Of a stretch of DNA of 64,000 bases, positions 1-12,990 are shown one piece after another. Both the position numbers and the translations under genes were made by a program. Position 1 is the stretch's first letter. The number at the start of each line of letters is the position of its first letter. The notes beneath the pieces are model-generated. The model had not been told where the DNA came from, ran no database searches, and saw only the letters and a program-made list of their open reading frames with translations. Source of the stretch: Heterodontus francisci (lineage: Eukaryota); the NCBI RefSeq assembly GCF_036365525.1, contig NC_090404.1, positions 6,014,001-6,078,000 of the forward strand, written 5' to 3'.

Positions 1-640
1 ACTCCTTCTTCCTCCCTCCAATTTCATACGGACAGTCCTTCCTCCTCCCTCCACATTTGCACTGACACTCCTTTCCCCTCCCTCCAATTTCATACTGACA
101 CTCCATCACCTTCCCTCCATTTCATTCTGACACTCTTTCTCTCCCTCCAATTTCATATTAACACTCCATCCCCTTCCCTCCAATTTCATATTGATACTCA
201 TTCCTCTTCCCTCCAATTTCATACTGACACTCCTTCCTCTTCCCTCCAATTTCATACTGACACTCCATCCCCTTGCCACCAATTTCATACTGACACTCCA
301 TCCTCTTCCCTCCAATTTCATACTGACACTACTTCCCCTTCCCTCCAATTTCATACTGACACTCCTTCCTCTTCCCTCCAATTTCATACTGACACTCCAT
401 CCCCTTCCCACCAATTTCATACTGACACTCCATCACCTTCCCTCCAATTTCATTCTGACACTCTTTCTCTCCCTCCAATTTCATATTAACACTCCATCCC
501 CTTCCCTCCAATTTCATATTGACACTCCTTCCTCTTCCCTCCAATTTCATACTGACACTACTTCCCCTTCCCTCCAATTTCATACTGACACTCCTTCCCC
601 TTCCCTCCAATTTCATACTGACATTCCCCCTCCCTCCAAT
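1..640. repeat. 33-bp pyrimidine-rich minisatellite (about 19 copies, unit ~CTCCAATTTCATACTGACACTCCTTCCCCTTCC); degenerate copies also at ~815-925
   Basis: Direct tandem periodicity; the ORFs here are 11-aa repeats (MKLEGRGWSVS). Confidence 0.95.
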
Positions 641-1699
641 AAAACTTAAAAACAGAAGAAATAGCAGGAGTAGACCTTTCAGACCTTAGATCCTGCTCCA
701 CCATTCAAAGAGAACATGGCTAACCTTCTATTGCAACACATTTTCCCGCACAATCACACATTCCTTGATGTTTTTACTATGTAGAAATCTATCGATCGCA
801 ATCTTGAACATGCTCAGTTTCATGCTGACACTTCTTCCCTCTCTCTCCAATTTCACACTGATACTCCTTCCCCTCCCTCCAATGTCACACCGACACTCCT
901 TCCCTCTCCCTCCAATATCATTCTGGAATTTTCCTGCTGTCACTACGGTTTCCATCTCCTGCCCCTTCAATGTCTCCACCATTGTTCTGCCTTCTTGATG
1001 TGCTTTAAGTGATTGAATGTCACGGTAAACTGTGTGACAGAATTCCCGCATACAATGCATAACCGTGTTTAATCACTTAATACAGTAACAACAATATGCA
1101 GGGACCAGCAATGGTGGGCGGGGTGGGGTTGGGCACTGAAGAGCAGGAAGAGGCCAGGAGCTGTTCTGAGGGGGCGAGGAGCAGCTGGCAATGGTACTTC
1201 ATGTATGTGGGCCCGTTATCCCATGATCATGGGACAGATCTGAACTTTGGGAAATAGTTTGACCATCCCTGGTCTCAGAGGCAAACATTTCCCTGTATCT
1301 CGGTATCTCCGGAGACCTTTGCTCATTGATATCGTACAAAAGCTAGGAGCAGTTGAGTCCTTTTGTGCACTTGATGGGTATTGATTTTAACTGACTTAAA
1401 AGCCTCTGGATTTCAATGTTACAACAAGAATATGTTTGAGAAGAGTTAGAAAAGAAATCACGAATACTGGAAAACTGAAAAGAACACAGAAATGGGGAAA
1501 TACACCGCAGGTCAATCATCATTTGAAAGAGATAAATCGATGGCTAATGTTTTAGGTGGGACTCCTTCAAGAATGAATACCTCCTGCAACATAGGAGATC
1601 TCAGCTTCATTTTCACTTGCTAAACAGTTGCAAATATTGCACTGTACTCAGTAATCTCAACTCCCCCCAACCCCCCATCCATTCTCCATAGCAATTCCT

Positions 1700-1855
1700 C
1701 TACCAATCAGAGTTCACTTGCCAACCAATCAGCACTCTCTTCTCATACAGTATAAAGTTGTTGTTTTCTCTTACATTGGTATTCTTGTGGGTTGTCCTGA
1801 TGAGTACAAGACGAAAAGCTTCGGAAACATGTCTCTATTTTCAGCAATACTCAAG
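1700..1855 (+). mobile_element. Penelope-like element 3' end/pLTR fragment with degenerate minimal hammerhead motif
   Basis: CCAAT and TATAAA followed by GTTGTC-CTGATGA-GTACAAGAC-GAAA-AGCTTC at 1791-1822. Confidence 0.55.
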
Positions 1856-2544
1856 TGTTATATATCATGCTGCATGAAATAGCTTACAGACAACTTTAGG
1901 AACAAAGTCTGAATACTTGAGATGGAGAGATATAAAGCAGACGGGAAATGGGCTGAGAAAAAGTATAGGGAAGAAAATAATCAGGAAAAATACAAGTGAA
2001 AAGTGTACAGAGAAATAACAATGGCTGAATGCAAGGGCAGTAGAAACAAAACTGGGAAGCAAGGAACATGAGTTATTAAGAACAAATTTACGTATGAAAC
2101 AGTCCACGCCAAGACTAACATACATTTGGAGGATGTAACAGATATGAAATACACACACAATTCCTGTTTATATTATACTTATAGCAGATCTACCAATGCA
2201 TGGCTTATACTGAAACAGAGGATCTGCTGTTTTACAACCGTAAAGGTGGTACAGAAAGTAACGGACCATTTACCAGAGCCATTGATTTATGTCTGTAAAG
2301 TATGTGCATTTCAATCTTTTATTGAATGGAGTTTATAGCAGTGTTTGGGGGACTAAATTGGAGACACAAGCACAGACGTGTCGGAATCTAACGTCTTAAT
2401 GTGGGGCCTGTTAATGCGTCTGTGAATGTCTTTGGGACATTCGTACGATTGTAGAAACACGTTGCTGTCGTTCACTGTGGGCTGGGATTTATTTGCCCGT
2501 CTGAGCTGGAACCTCATGGACACCGTCATGTTGCAGAGAGGGTA

Positions 2545-2820
2545 TTCACTAGTTGAGTGCAGAAAAGGATTCACTCGGTCACTCCATATACTAACTTGCC
2601 CACACATTCATATTGGAGAGAGACAGTTCAGATATTCCACGTGTGTGAAGGGATTTGCTCAGTTTTCCCACCTGTTAACATGCTAGTTTTAAAAATTCAG
2701 AGGATTCGATGTACGCTCAGCACATGCTTACTGAGAGAGGCTGTTTAAATGTAACGCGCGTTTGGGAAGAGATTCACTCATTCACCCCACCCGCTGAGAC
2801 ACCAGTGTATTCACATGTGA
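2545..2820 (+). pseudogene. Decayed C2H2 (Kruppel-type) zinc-finger array remnant
   Basis: ECRKGFTRSLHILTCPHIHIGERQFRYSTCVKGFAQFSHLLTC* then frameshifted GKRFTHSPHPLRHQCIH; TGERP-like linker with lost Cys/His, stops and frameshifts. Confidence 0.75.
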
Positions 2821-3270
2821 CATTCGGGGTTGTATTCGGCTGTTTTTGCAGTTTTGGGGACTCATATTCCCTTTCCCTTCTTTTTGGTGGATAATGGATC
2901 GTCCGTGCACTTGTGCTACTGTATAATTTATTTCCTAGTTTTATTTATTTCCTAGGCCCCAGTCTCCAGCCCATACCAGCAAAAGAATTCTAATAAATTA
3001 ATTGGAACGCCAATGACGGTACACTTACTCAGCATTCCCCACGGTGGAGAATGTTCCCTCTCCGCAGGCGCACTGCCAACAGTGTTTGGAGCATGCTTAG
3101 TCCGAGTAATGGCGATGAAGAGACCCTGGTGTGTCGCATCTGCAGCCGGGAAGCGGTGGCGGAACGGACGGAGCGAGGGAGCCGGCGGGAGGGTTGCGTA
3201 AACACCCATGTAGGCCCACGTTTGCACCGAGCGGGGCAGAAGCTGCGGGGCTTCTCCCGGTGACAGACCA

Positions 3271-3372
3271 GGTTCCGAAGAAGGGTCACTGACCCGAAAC
3301 GTTAACTCTGCTTCTCTTTCCACAGATGCTGCCAGACCTGCTGAGTGATTCCAGCATTTCTTGTTTTTGTTG
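3271..3372 (+). mobile_element. Penelope-like element 3' tail
   Basis: GAAGAAGGGTCACTGACCCGAAACGTTAACTCTG...CAGATGCTGCCAGACCTGCTGAG; near-identical copy at 9825-9930. Confidence 0.6.
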
Positions 3373-3639
3373 TGACAGATCAGGCTTAACGGCCACCATC
3401 TTTATAGGGGGCAATGTGCAGCAGGGCACATGAGCGGCCATCCTGGGCCAGGAAGCAGGAGGAGAAAATATTGTGAATTTCTATCCCGAACTGACAGTCA
3501 TGACTTTTGTAAACTTTTTTTACTGGCCTTAGAGGCGGGTGCGGGGGGTGGCGGGGGGGGGGTGGCGGGGGTGGGGGGGGGGGGTGGGATTTGTCCACAG
3601 CAAACTGAAACCAAGGGAAATGTTTGTCTCTTAATTTAA

Positions 3640-5130
3640 GAACATACAAAATTAGCAGGATTCGGCCATTCGACCCCTCGAGCCTACTCCGCCATTCAAT
3701 CAGATCATGGCTGATCTGATAGTAGCCTTAACCTCACTTTCCTGCTTGCCAGCCACCCACCGCATAACCCATGACTCCCTTGTCAAGGCAAAATCTGTCC
3801 TACTCAGCCTTGGATATATTCAATGACTCAGCTTCCACTGCTCGCTGGGGAAGGGAGTTCCAAACACTAACAACCCTCTGGGAGAAGAAATTCCGCCTTA
3901 TTTTTGTCTTAAATGGGAGACTCCTTCATTTGAAACTGAGTCCCCCGGTTTAGATTCCCCCAGGAGGGGAAACATCCTCTCAACATCTACCCTGTCATGC
4001 TCCTCAGAATCTTATATGTTTCAATGAGATACGAACATACAAACATGCAAATGAAGAACAGGAGAAGGCCATTTGGCCCCTCGGGCCTGCTGCACCATTC
4101 AGCAAGATCATCATTTGATTGTAGCCCCCACTCCACTCTCCCGCCTACCCCCCATAATCTTTCACCTCCTTGCTCATCAAGAATCTATCTACCTTTGCTT
4201 TAAAGATAATTCAAAGACATTGCTTCCACTACCTTTTGAGGAAGGCAGTTCCAAAGACTCACCACTGTAGGACAGAAAATATTTCTCCTCATCTCTGTCT
4301 TAAATGGACCAGATCACCTTTCATTCTTCTAAACTCCAATGAGTAAAGGCCCAACCTTTCTTCATAAGACAAGCCCCTCACCCCAGGAATCAGTCCAGTG
4401 AACCTTCTCTGAACTACTTCCTATGGAATTATGTCCCTTCTTAAGTAAGGTGAATAAAATTGTACACAGTACTCTAGGTGCGAACTCAACAATACCCTGT
4501 ACAGTTGTAGCAAGACTTCCCTACTTTTATACTCCATCACTCCTGCAATAAAGGCCAACATTCCATTTGCCTTCCTAATTACTTTCTGTACCTGCACGCT
4601 GATTTTTTTCTGATTCGTGTACGAGGACACCAAGACCCCTCTGTAATGCAGCAATCTGCAGTATCTCTTAATTTATATAATATTCTGCTTTTCTATTCTT
4701 CCTGCCAAAGTGAAAGGCCTCACATTTTCCACTATTATATTCCATCTGCCAAATTTTTTCCCACTCACTTAATCCATCTATATCCCTTTGCAGACTTTTT
4801 GTATCCTCCTCACAGCTTATAACTTCGCACCTATCTTAATAACATCAGTAAATGTGGCTAGAGTACACTCGATCCCTTCATCCAGTCATTAATCTAGATC
4901 ATAAATTGTCGATGCCCCAGCACTGATGCCTGTGGCACTCCAGTAGTTACCGTTTCCCATCATGAAAATGACCCATTTATCCCGATTATCTGTTTCCTGT
5001 TCGTTAGCCAGTCCTGCTAATATATCGTGCACAAAAGCATGAACTTTTATCTTGTGCAGTAACCTTTTATGTGACAACTTATAGAATGCCTTTTGGAAAT
5101 ACAAATACACTGCATCTACATCTTTCTACT
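3640..5130 (-). mobile_element. CR1 LINE ORF2 (RT C-terminal) fragments with nested 3' tails
   Basis: Minus-strand peptides YFQKAFYKLSHKRLLHKIK and KANGMLAFIA...HLEYCVQF; CR1 3' tail at ~3640-3720. Confidence 0.85.
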
Positions 5131-5359
5131 CTAACTTCGAGTAATGACTTTTGTAAACGTCTTTTACAGGGGCTTAGAACGGGATTATTTACTCACAGCA
5201 AACTCAGAACAAGAGAAATCTTTTTTTCTCAATTGCTATCCTGGACTGGCAGTGATGGCTTTTGTAAACCGAGAGAATACAGCTGTTGGGAAAGATTTCC
5301 AGGCTGCTTTTTATTTTCAGAATAGAGAAAGCTTTGATTAATGGATCAAATAGGGTAGA

Positions 5360-6500
5360 TAGAAACATAGAATATTTACTGCATAGAAGGAGACCATGTA
5401 GCTCCTTGTGTCCACGCCAGTCGAAAAAATCTTATGAAGTCTAAACCCACTTTCTAGCTCTTTGTCTGTAGCCCTATACGTTACAGTACTTCAAGGGCAT
5501 ATCCACATTTTTTAAAAAAATGTGATGAGGGCTTCTGTCTCTACCACCCTTTCAGACAGTGAGGTCCAGACATCCACCACCCTCTGGGTGAAATGATTTC
5601 TCCTCAACTCCCCTCTAAGCCTTCTACCAGCTATTTTAAATCTATGCTCCCGACTATTTACCTCTCTATTAACGGAAATACGTCCTTCCTATCCATTCCG
5701 CCTCAGTCCCTCATAATTTTATACACCTCAATGAAATCTCCCTTCAGCTTTCTCTGTTCCATAGAAAACAAGCCCAGCCTATCCAATCTTTCATCATAAT
5801 TAAAATTCACAATTTCTGGCATATCTTCATAATTCTCCTCTCTACCCACCCCAGTGTGATCATATACTTCCTGCAATGTGACCAGAAATACATTCGGTAC
5901 TCTGGCTAGGGCCTAACTAGTGGTTTATACATTTCTAGTCTAACTTCTCTGTTTTTATATTATATGCCTTGGCTAATAGAGAAAAATATTCCATAAGCCT
6001 TCTGAACTACCTTATCAACCTGTCCTGGTACCTTCAGGGATCTGTGGACACGCATGCCACGGTCCCTCTGTTCCTCTTCACTTTTCTGTTTTCTACCATT
6101 TGTTGTGTGTTCCCTTGTCTTGTTTGCCCTTTCCAAATACATTACCTCACACTTCTTTGGATTGAATTCCATTTGCCACTTTTATACCCACTTGGCCAGT
6201 CCATTGATACCGTTCTGCAGTCGACAACTTCCTCAGTATCAGCCACACGGCCAATATTTGTATCATCTGCAAACTTCGTAATCATGCCTCCCTACATTTA
6301 AGTCTAAATTCATGATATATACCTGGGGAAAAAAGCAAGGCACCCACTACTGAGCCCTGTGAAACCCCACTGGAAACAGCGTTCTATCACAAGACACCCG
6401 TTGACCACTATCCTTTGCATCCTGACACTGAGCCAATTTTGGATCCAACTTGCCATTGGATCCATTTGGCTTTTACCATTCTGACCACTTTACCATCTAG
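5360..6500 (-). mobile_element. CR1 LINE 3' fragment
   Basis: MEFNPKKCEVM...VDKVVQKAYGI peptide; CR1-like 3' end near 5360. Confidence 0.8.
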
Positions 6501-6845
6501 GACCTTGTAGATGTGAAGAGAATGTTTCCACCTCTGGTAAAATCCAAACCCAGGGACCATAAATGCAAGATAGTTACTAATAAATCCAACAGGGAAATAA
6601 GGAGAAATATGTTTACTTAAAGTGGTTAGATTGTGAACCTCGCTACGACAGCAAGTGCTTGTGGCAAAAAGCTGAGATGCTTTCAAAAGGAAACTACATG
6701 GGTACATGAGAGAAACGGGAATAGAAAGATATGCTGAAAGGCTGAAATGGAATGAGAGTAGAAACACCAACACAAACCTATTGGGCTTAATGGCATATTT
6801 CGATGATGTATATTCTATGTAGTTCTGTGTAAATTTATTTTACAG

Positions 6846-7210
6846 GGTAGTAGATGAGGGGGATTTTCACACAGGAAGCCCAAACTAAACATCACATTAA
6901 GATCTGACTGTTACTAAATGCATCAGGACTTATTATTGGTCTTTGAATGTGGAAGGAGAAATGTTTGTCTGTTTTTTCTGTGGAAAAAGATTTCAAAAAC
7001 TGGAAAAGCACCGACACACACACACCCGAGTGAGCGTGTACCAGTGCACCGACTGCGGAAAGAACTTTAACCAGTTACAGACCCTGAAAAAAAAATCAGA
7101 CCATTCAAAGCGGGGAGAAACCATCCACGTGTTCTCAGGGTGGATGAGGCATCAGTTGATCATCTGGTCTCTCGAAACACAAGCCCAGTCACACTGAGGA
7201 GAACCCCAAG
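6846..7210 (+). pseudogene. Decayed C2H2 zinc-finger exon
   Basis: Possible acceptor TTTTACAG (~6838-6845); FVCFFCGKRFQKLEKHRHTHTRVSVYQCTDCGKNFNQLQTLKK, frameshift in the A run, then an SGEKP linker. Confidence 0.75.
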
Positions 7211-8924
7211 TTCAGGCCTTGACTCATTTAAAATCTCGTATTTTTTAATGTCCCTCTTTGGGGCACATTCATTTTTTCTAAGTTTCCCCTCATTTCTCCC
7301 AGTAATAATCCTCAGTCCATCTTCCCCTTTAGTGAATGTGTTAAAACTAAAAAAAAAATGCTCATGCATTTTATTTTATTTTTAAATGAGGATGTAGGTG
7401 AATGCAATGTTGAGACCAGAAACAATCTGTGCGCTGGTTCTTGATGCTGTCAGAGTGAATCCACCCTCACAGGCAGGAAGACTGTTCATGGTGATAACAT
7501 GAAACTGACACCGGCTATTTCATTCTCAGGCAACACAACTTCCCGTTTCTTTGCTGCCGGTTCCAAACCGCATATCTTACTTCTGAGCAGAAAATAAATC
7601 CAGGGGCCACAACCTGGTGGAAACATCTGCCAAGGCGGCCTATATCTGGCCTCTGAGTTAGTGCATAATCACACAGATCACATTGTGGTCACACTTACAA
7701 ATGAACCTGCTGTTTCTGTTTCGACTCTCCATTCCCAGACATAACTGGTGGTGTCTTTGGATCAGTCTCTGAGTTCCCGCTGCCCTCTGAAACCGGGAGC
7801 TTGGAGTTTGCTCCCTTTCATTTTATATCATTCTCTCTGTGTGTCCCTTGTTTCCTCTATTTCTCAGCTTTTATCTCTCACCACCTCGTATTTCTTTTTT
7901 TATTGTCTCTATCAGTCTTTCTGTCTCTACTTCTATCTGTATCTGTCTCCCTCTGTGTGTTCCTATTTAATAGAGGTGTTAGTGGATTATATAAGGAAAA
8001 TCAGGGATCCACCTTAGAGCAGAGGATGGGAGATTTAGTAGAGGTGTTCAAAATCCGGAAGGATTTTTGATCGAGTAGATCAGGAGAAACTGTTTCCAAT
8101 AGCGGGAGGGTTTGTAACCAGATGGCACAGAGATTCTGGCAACAGAACTGGAGGGGGAGATAAGGCGATCTTTATTTAAATGTTGTGATTTGTAGTGATA
8201 TGGAATGCACACCCTGAAAGGGTGCTGGAAGCAGATTTAATGATAGCTTTCAAAGGAAATTGGATAAATACCTGAAGGGGAGCAAATGGGCAGGTCTATG
8301 GGGAATTTCACCTGACCCACTGATGGTGTCAAACAGAACTTTGAACCGTGACCTCAAAGCATCACCGCATGGCCTTCCACAGAGTCCTAATGTCCACCTC
8401 GTACTTTAAATCTCAGCTGCTTGACCAGAACAACTTAACCGAGTGCACAAAAACATATATGTTTGTGTATGTGTAGAAAGCACATTAAAAAAAATTGCAA
8501 GGTGGCTTGACAATGATAAATGATCATATTTACCAATCATGATTTAGCACTTTACTTCCTTCTATTCAAAACGTAATTGCCAATACTTCAATACATTTGT
8601 CCAGGGCTCTGCAGTTATTACACAAGAGCATGTCTCTGTTTATATTACAGTTGGTCCGACCTCAGTTTTTACTGGACCAGACTCCATCTCTGTTTATATT
8701 AAAATAGTTGACATCTCTGTTTATAATTACACGAGGTCACGTCGTTGTTTGTATTACATCAGACACTGTCTCCTCCATTACTGCACTAGACCAGGCTCTG
8801 CTTCTATTATTCTCCCCCATCTCATTTTTACTGCCTTGAGCAATGTGCCAACTTATATTCCGCTAGGCCCTGTCTCAGTAATTACTACACCAGACATTGT
8901 ACGTGTTTAGATTACATTAGGAAG

Positions 8925-9242
8925 AGACAGTGGCGTAATGGTAATATCACTGGACTAGTAATCCAGAGGCAGCTGGTGGAATTTAAATTCAATTAATTAA
9001 AAATCTGGAATTGAAAGCTAGTCTCAGTAATGGTGCCATGAAATTATCATTGATTGTAGTAAAAACCCAACTGCTTCAATATAGTCCGTTAAGGAAGGAC
9101 TTCTGCTCTCCTTACCTGCTACATGTGACAGACCCACAGTAATGTGGTTGACTCCTGACTGCCCTCTGAAATGGCCCACTCAGTTCAAGGGCAATTAGGG
9201 ACTGGCACCAACGATACCCACACCCCATGAAAGAATAAAAAA
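8925..9242 (+). mobile_element. tRNA-derived shark SINE (internally deleted)
   Basis: tRNA-like head CAGTGGCGTAATGGTAATATCACTGGACTAGTAATCCAGAGGC; 3' tail CAAGGGCAATTAGGGA...CCCATGAAAGAATAAAA shared with a local LINE family. Confidence 0.7.
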
Positions 9243-9319
9243 GGCCTCATCTCAGTTGTCACTGCAATAGGCAACAGACTACTCGAGAAGAAAAAAATGG
9301 AGTCATCCAAAATCTTCAT

Positions 9320-12300
9320 AAAATACTGCATGAAAAGCTGGTTAAATGGAATAGGAGGAATTTCCAGAAGGCATTTGAAAAGGTGCCACATAAAAGTTAT
9401 TGCGCAAAGAAGGGGCTCATGATGTAGGGAGTAACATATTAGCATGAATAGAAGATTGGCTTGCAGGCAGAAAACAGAGACTACGCATAAATGGGTCTTT
9501 TTCTGATTGGCAGGATACGAGTGGAGCCCTGCAGGGGTCTGTGCTGGGTCCTCAACCTTTTATAATTTATATCAATGACTTAGATGAGGGGAGCGATGGC
9601 ATGGTAGCTAAATTTGCAGATGACACAAAAAGAGGTAGGAAAGTATGTTGTGAGGAGGACATAAGGAGGTTGCAGACCAATAGAGATAGGTTGAGTGAGT
9701 GGGCAAAACTCTGGCAGATGGAGTATAATGTGGGAAAATGTGAAGTTCACTTTGGAAGAATAAAAAAGCAGAGTACTACTTAAACGGAGAACGACTGCAG
9801 AATTCCAAGGTGCAGATTCTAATATCTGCTAGTTCTGAAGAAGGGTCACTGACCTGAAATGTTAACTCTGCTTCTCTCTCCATAGATGCTGCCAAACCTG
9901 CTGAGTATTTCCAGCATTTCTTGTTTTTATTGCACAGGGATCTAGATGTTTTAGTGCATGAATCACAAAAGGTTAGTATGCAGGTTCATCAAGTAATAAG
10001 GAAGGCTAATGGAATGCTATCCATTATTACGAGTGGAATTGAAAATATAAGTAAGGATGTTATACTTCAGTTATACAGGGCATTGGTGAGACCACATCTT
10101 GAATACTGCGTGCAAGTTTGATCTCCTTATTTATGGAAGGATGTGAATGCGTTGGAGGCGGTTCAGAGACGTTTTACTAGATTTATACCTGGAATGAATG
10201 GGTTGTCTTATGAGGAAATGTTAGACAGACAGGGCTTGTTTTCACTGAATTTTACAAGAGTGAGGGGAGACTTGATTGAAGTATATAAGATCCTGAACGT
10301 TCTTGACATGGTGGATGTGGAAAGGATTTTTTAAAATTCATTCACGGGATGTGGATGTTGCTGGCTAGGCCAGCATTTATTGCCCTCCCTTATTATCCCT
10401 ACGAAGGTGGTAGTGAGCTGCCTTAATGAACCGCTGCAGTCTGTGTGGAATAGGTATACCCATAGTGCTGTTAGGAAGGGTTAGTTCCAGGATTTTGACC
10501 CAGTGACAGTGAAGGAATGGCGATATAGTTCCAAGTCAGATTGATGTGTGGCTTGGAGGGGAATTTGCAGGTGGTGGTGTTCCCATGCATTTACTGCCCT
10601 TGTCCTTCTCGGAGGATGTTTCCTCTTATGGGTGAGTCCAAAACTCGGGGTGCACAGTTTAAAATTAGGGATCGCCCTTTTAGGACGGAGAGGAGGAGAA
10701 TTTATTTTCTCTCAGCGGGTTGTGCGGCTTTGGAACTCTCTGCCTCAGAAGGTGGTGGAGGCGGGGTCATTGAATGTTTGTAAGGCGGAGGTAGATAGAT
10801 TATTGTTAGGCAAGGGAATCAAATGTTATCAGCGGTGGATGGGAGTGTGGAATTCAAGACACAAACAGATCAGCCATGATATTATTGAATGGTGGAGCAG
10901 GCTCGAGGGGCTGAATGGCCTACTTCTGCTCCTAATTCGTATGTTTGTATGTTCGTATGAGGTTCTGAATCCAATTGGATAAAAAAAATGGCTTAAGGGC
11001 AGAAAACAGCGAATTATACAAAATAGTTGTTTTTCAGACTGCAGGATGGCGGACAGTGTTGTTCCCCCAAGGTCAGTGATAGGACTACTGCTTTTATGGG
11101 TGTATAAATGATTTGGAATCTGGAATACAGAGTAGAATCTCAACATTTACTGATGATATCAAACTTGGAGGAATGGCAAACAATAAGGATGATACCATCC
11201 ACTTGCCATAGGACATAGGCTAGCAGAAAGGGTGGGCAGACGAATGGCTGATTGAATTTAATACAGGCAAGTGTGAGACATTTTGGCAGAAAGGGTGAGG
11301 CAATAGAGAATAGTACAGTTCTAAAGAGTGTGCAGGAACAGAGGGACTTGAGTGTGCATTGATCATATTGAGAGAGTGGTCAGCAAAGTATATGGGATCT
11401 TGGGCTTCATAATTAGAGGCATAGAGTACAAAATCAGGGAAGTTATGCTGAACCTTTATAAAGCTCTGGTTCGGTCCTAACTAGGAAAGATGTGGGGATC
11501 CTTAAGAGGGCGCAGAGCAGATTTATCAGAATGGTTCTAGGGATGGTGGATTTTAGTTACAAGATTAGGTTGGAAAAGCTGGGGTTGTTCTCCCTGCAAC
11601 AAAGGCGTTTTACCGGAGATTTGATAGAAGTGAATAAGATTATGACCGGCTTAGATAAGTTAGACAAGGAACAGCTGTTCCCATTAACTGATGATACAGG
11701 GACTAAGGGACACAGAATTAGGGTTTTGGGCAAGAGATGCAGGGGAAATGTGAGAAAGAACACTCCTACACAGCGAGTAATAATGACTTAGAACTCGCTG
11801 TCCATGAGGATGGTGAAAGCGGAGAAGATCGATGACTTCAAAAGGAAATTGGATGCATACTTGAAGGAAATAAACTTGCATAGATACGGGGATAGAGCGA
11901 GGTCGTGCGACTGATTTGATTGCTCCGCAGGGAGCCGGCATGGATTTGATGGGCCGAATAGCTTCCTTCTATGCCGTAAATGACTCTATGACCGGTCCCA
12001 GCTGGAGCGTTGTGCCCAATTTTGGAGACCACACTTCCAGAAGGACATCGAAACATTGGAGAGAGTGCCAAAGAGATTTTCTAAAATGTTAACAGTGATG
12101 AAGCACTTCAGTTACGCAGAGAGACTGGAGAAGCTGGGAATATTCTGCTCAGGGCAGAAATCATGGACTGTTTTGATAGAGTATGTAAGCTGAGATATTT
12201 TTCCAGTGGCCGAAGGGTTAATAACTAAAGGACATAGATTTAAAGTAAATGGCAAAGCAACCAGCAGCAGCATGAGTGGGAAGATAAATTACAGAACAAG

Positions 12301-12530
12301 TTGCTATGATCTGAAATGTACGCCTGAAAGAGTAGTGGAAGCAGACTGAATAATAATTTAAAAGGGAATTTGATTAATATCTCAAATTTGCAGGACTCTG
12401 GGGAAACAGCAGTGTGGTGCACGGGGGAGGAGGAGGGGTAAGAGTGGGACTAATAGGGTAGTACTTTCAAAGAGATGGTACAGTCATGAAGGGCTGAATG
12501 GCCTTCTCCTCAGCTCTTTCAGTTTAGGAG
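9320..12530 (+). mobile_element. Stacked CR1 LINE RT fragments with nested Penelope-like tail (9825-9930) and an antisense LINE tail (~10335-10610)
   Basis: LGPQPFIIYINDLDEG...KFADDTK, RPHLEYCVQ and QRVVRLWNSLPQKVVEA peptides. Confidence 0.85.
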
Positions 12531-12597
12531 TCTATGCTTTACGAGCTCAATTCAACACCCCTTATTTATACTTATTGTCAATAAAAAGAACAAAAAG

Positions 12598-12990
12598 TAA
12601 ATCTTGCATTTAAATAGCGCCTTTCACGACCAACGGACGTCTCAAAGTGCTTTACAGCCAATTAATTACTAGTGAAATGTAGTCAATGCTGGTTTGCATG
12701 AAACGTGGCAACCATTTGCTTTCCCACAAGCAGACATGTGATAAGCACCAAATAATCTGTTCCTGTGATGTTAGTTGAGCGAAAAAATATTGACCAGGAC
12801 ACCAGGGATAGCTCACCTGGACCTCTTCGAAACAGTGCCATGGGATCTTCTACATCCACCTGAATGGGCAGATGGAGACTCGGTTATAACATCTCATCCA
12901 CAAGATGGCACCTCCGACAGTACTTCACCGGAGTGCCAGCCTCATTTTGTACTCAAGTGCTGGAGTAGCTCTTAAACCTGGAGCCTTCTG
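12598..12990 (-). mobile_element. Deu-domain SINE (AmnSINE/SacSINE-like)
   Basis: TTGCATTTAAATAGCGCCTTTCACGACC...GTGCTTTACAGCCA resembles the reversed 3' end of Deu-SINEs (recalled consensus). Confidence 0.6.

Noticed and set aside
106-649. Repetitive ORFs on both strands
   Set aside because: Translations of the 33-bp minisatellite
3533-3590. G-run with G-quadruplex potential
   Set aside because: Isolated low-complexity tract with no supporting context; homopolymer length unreliable
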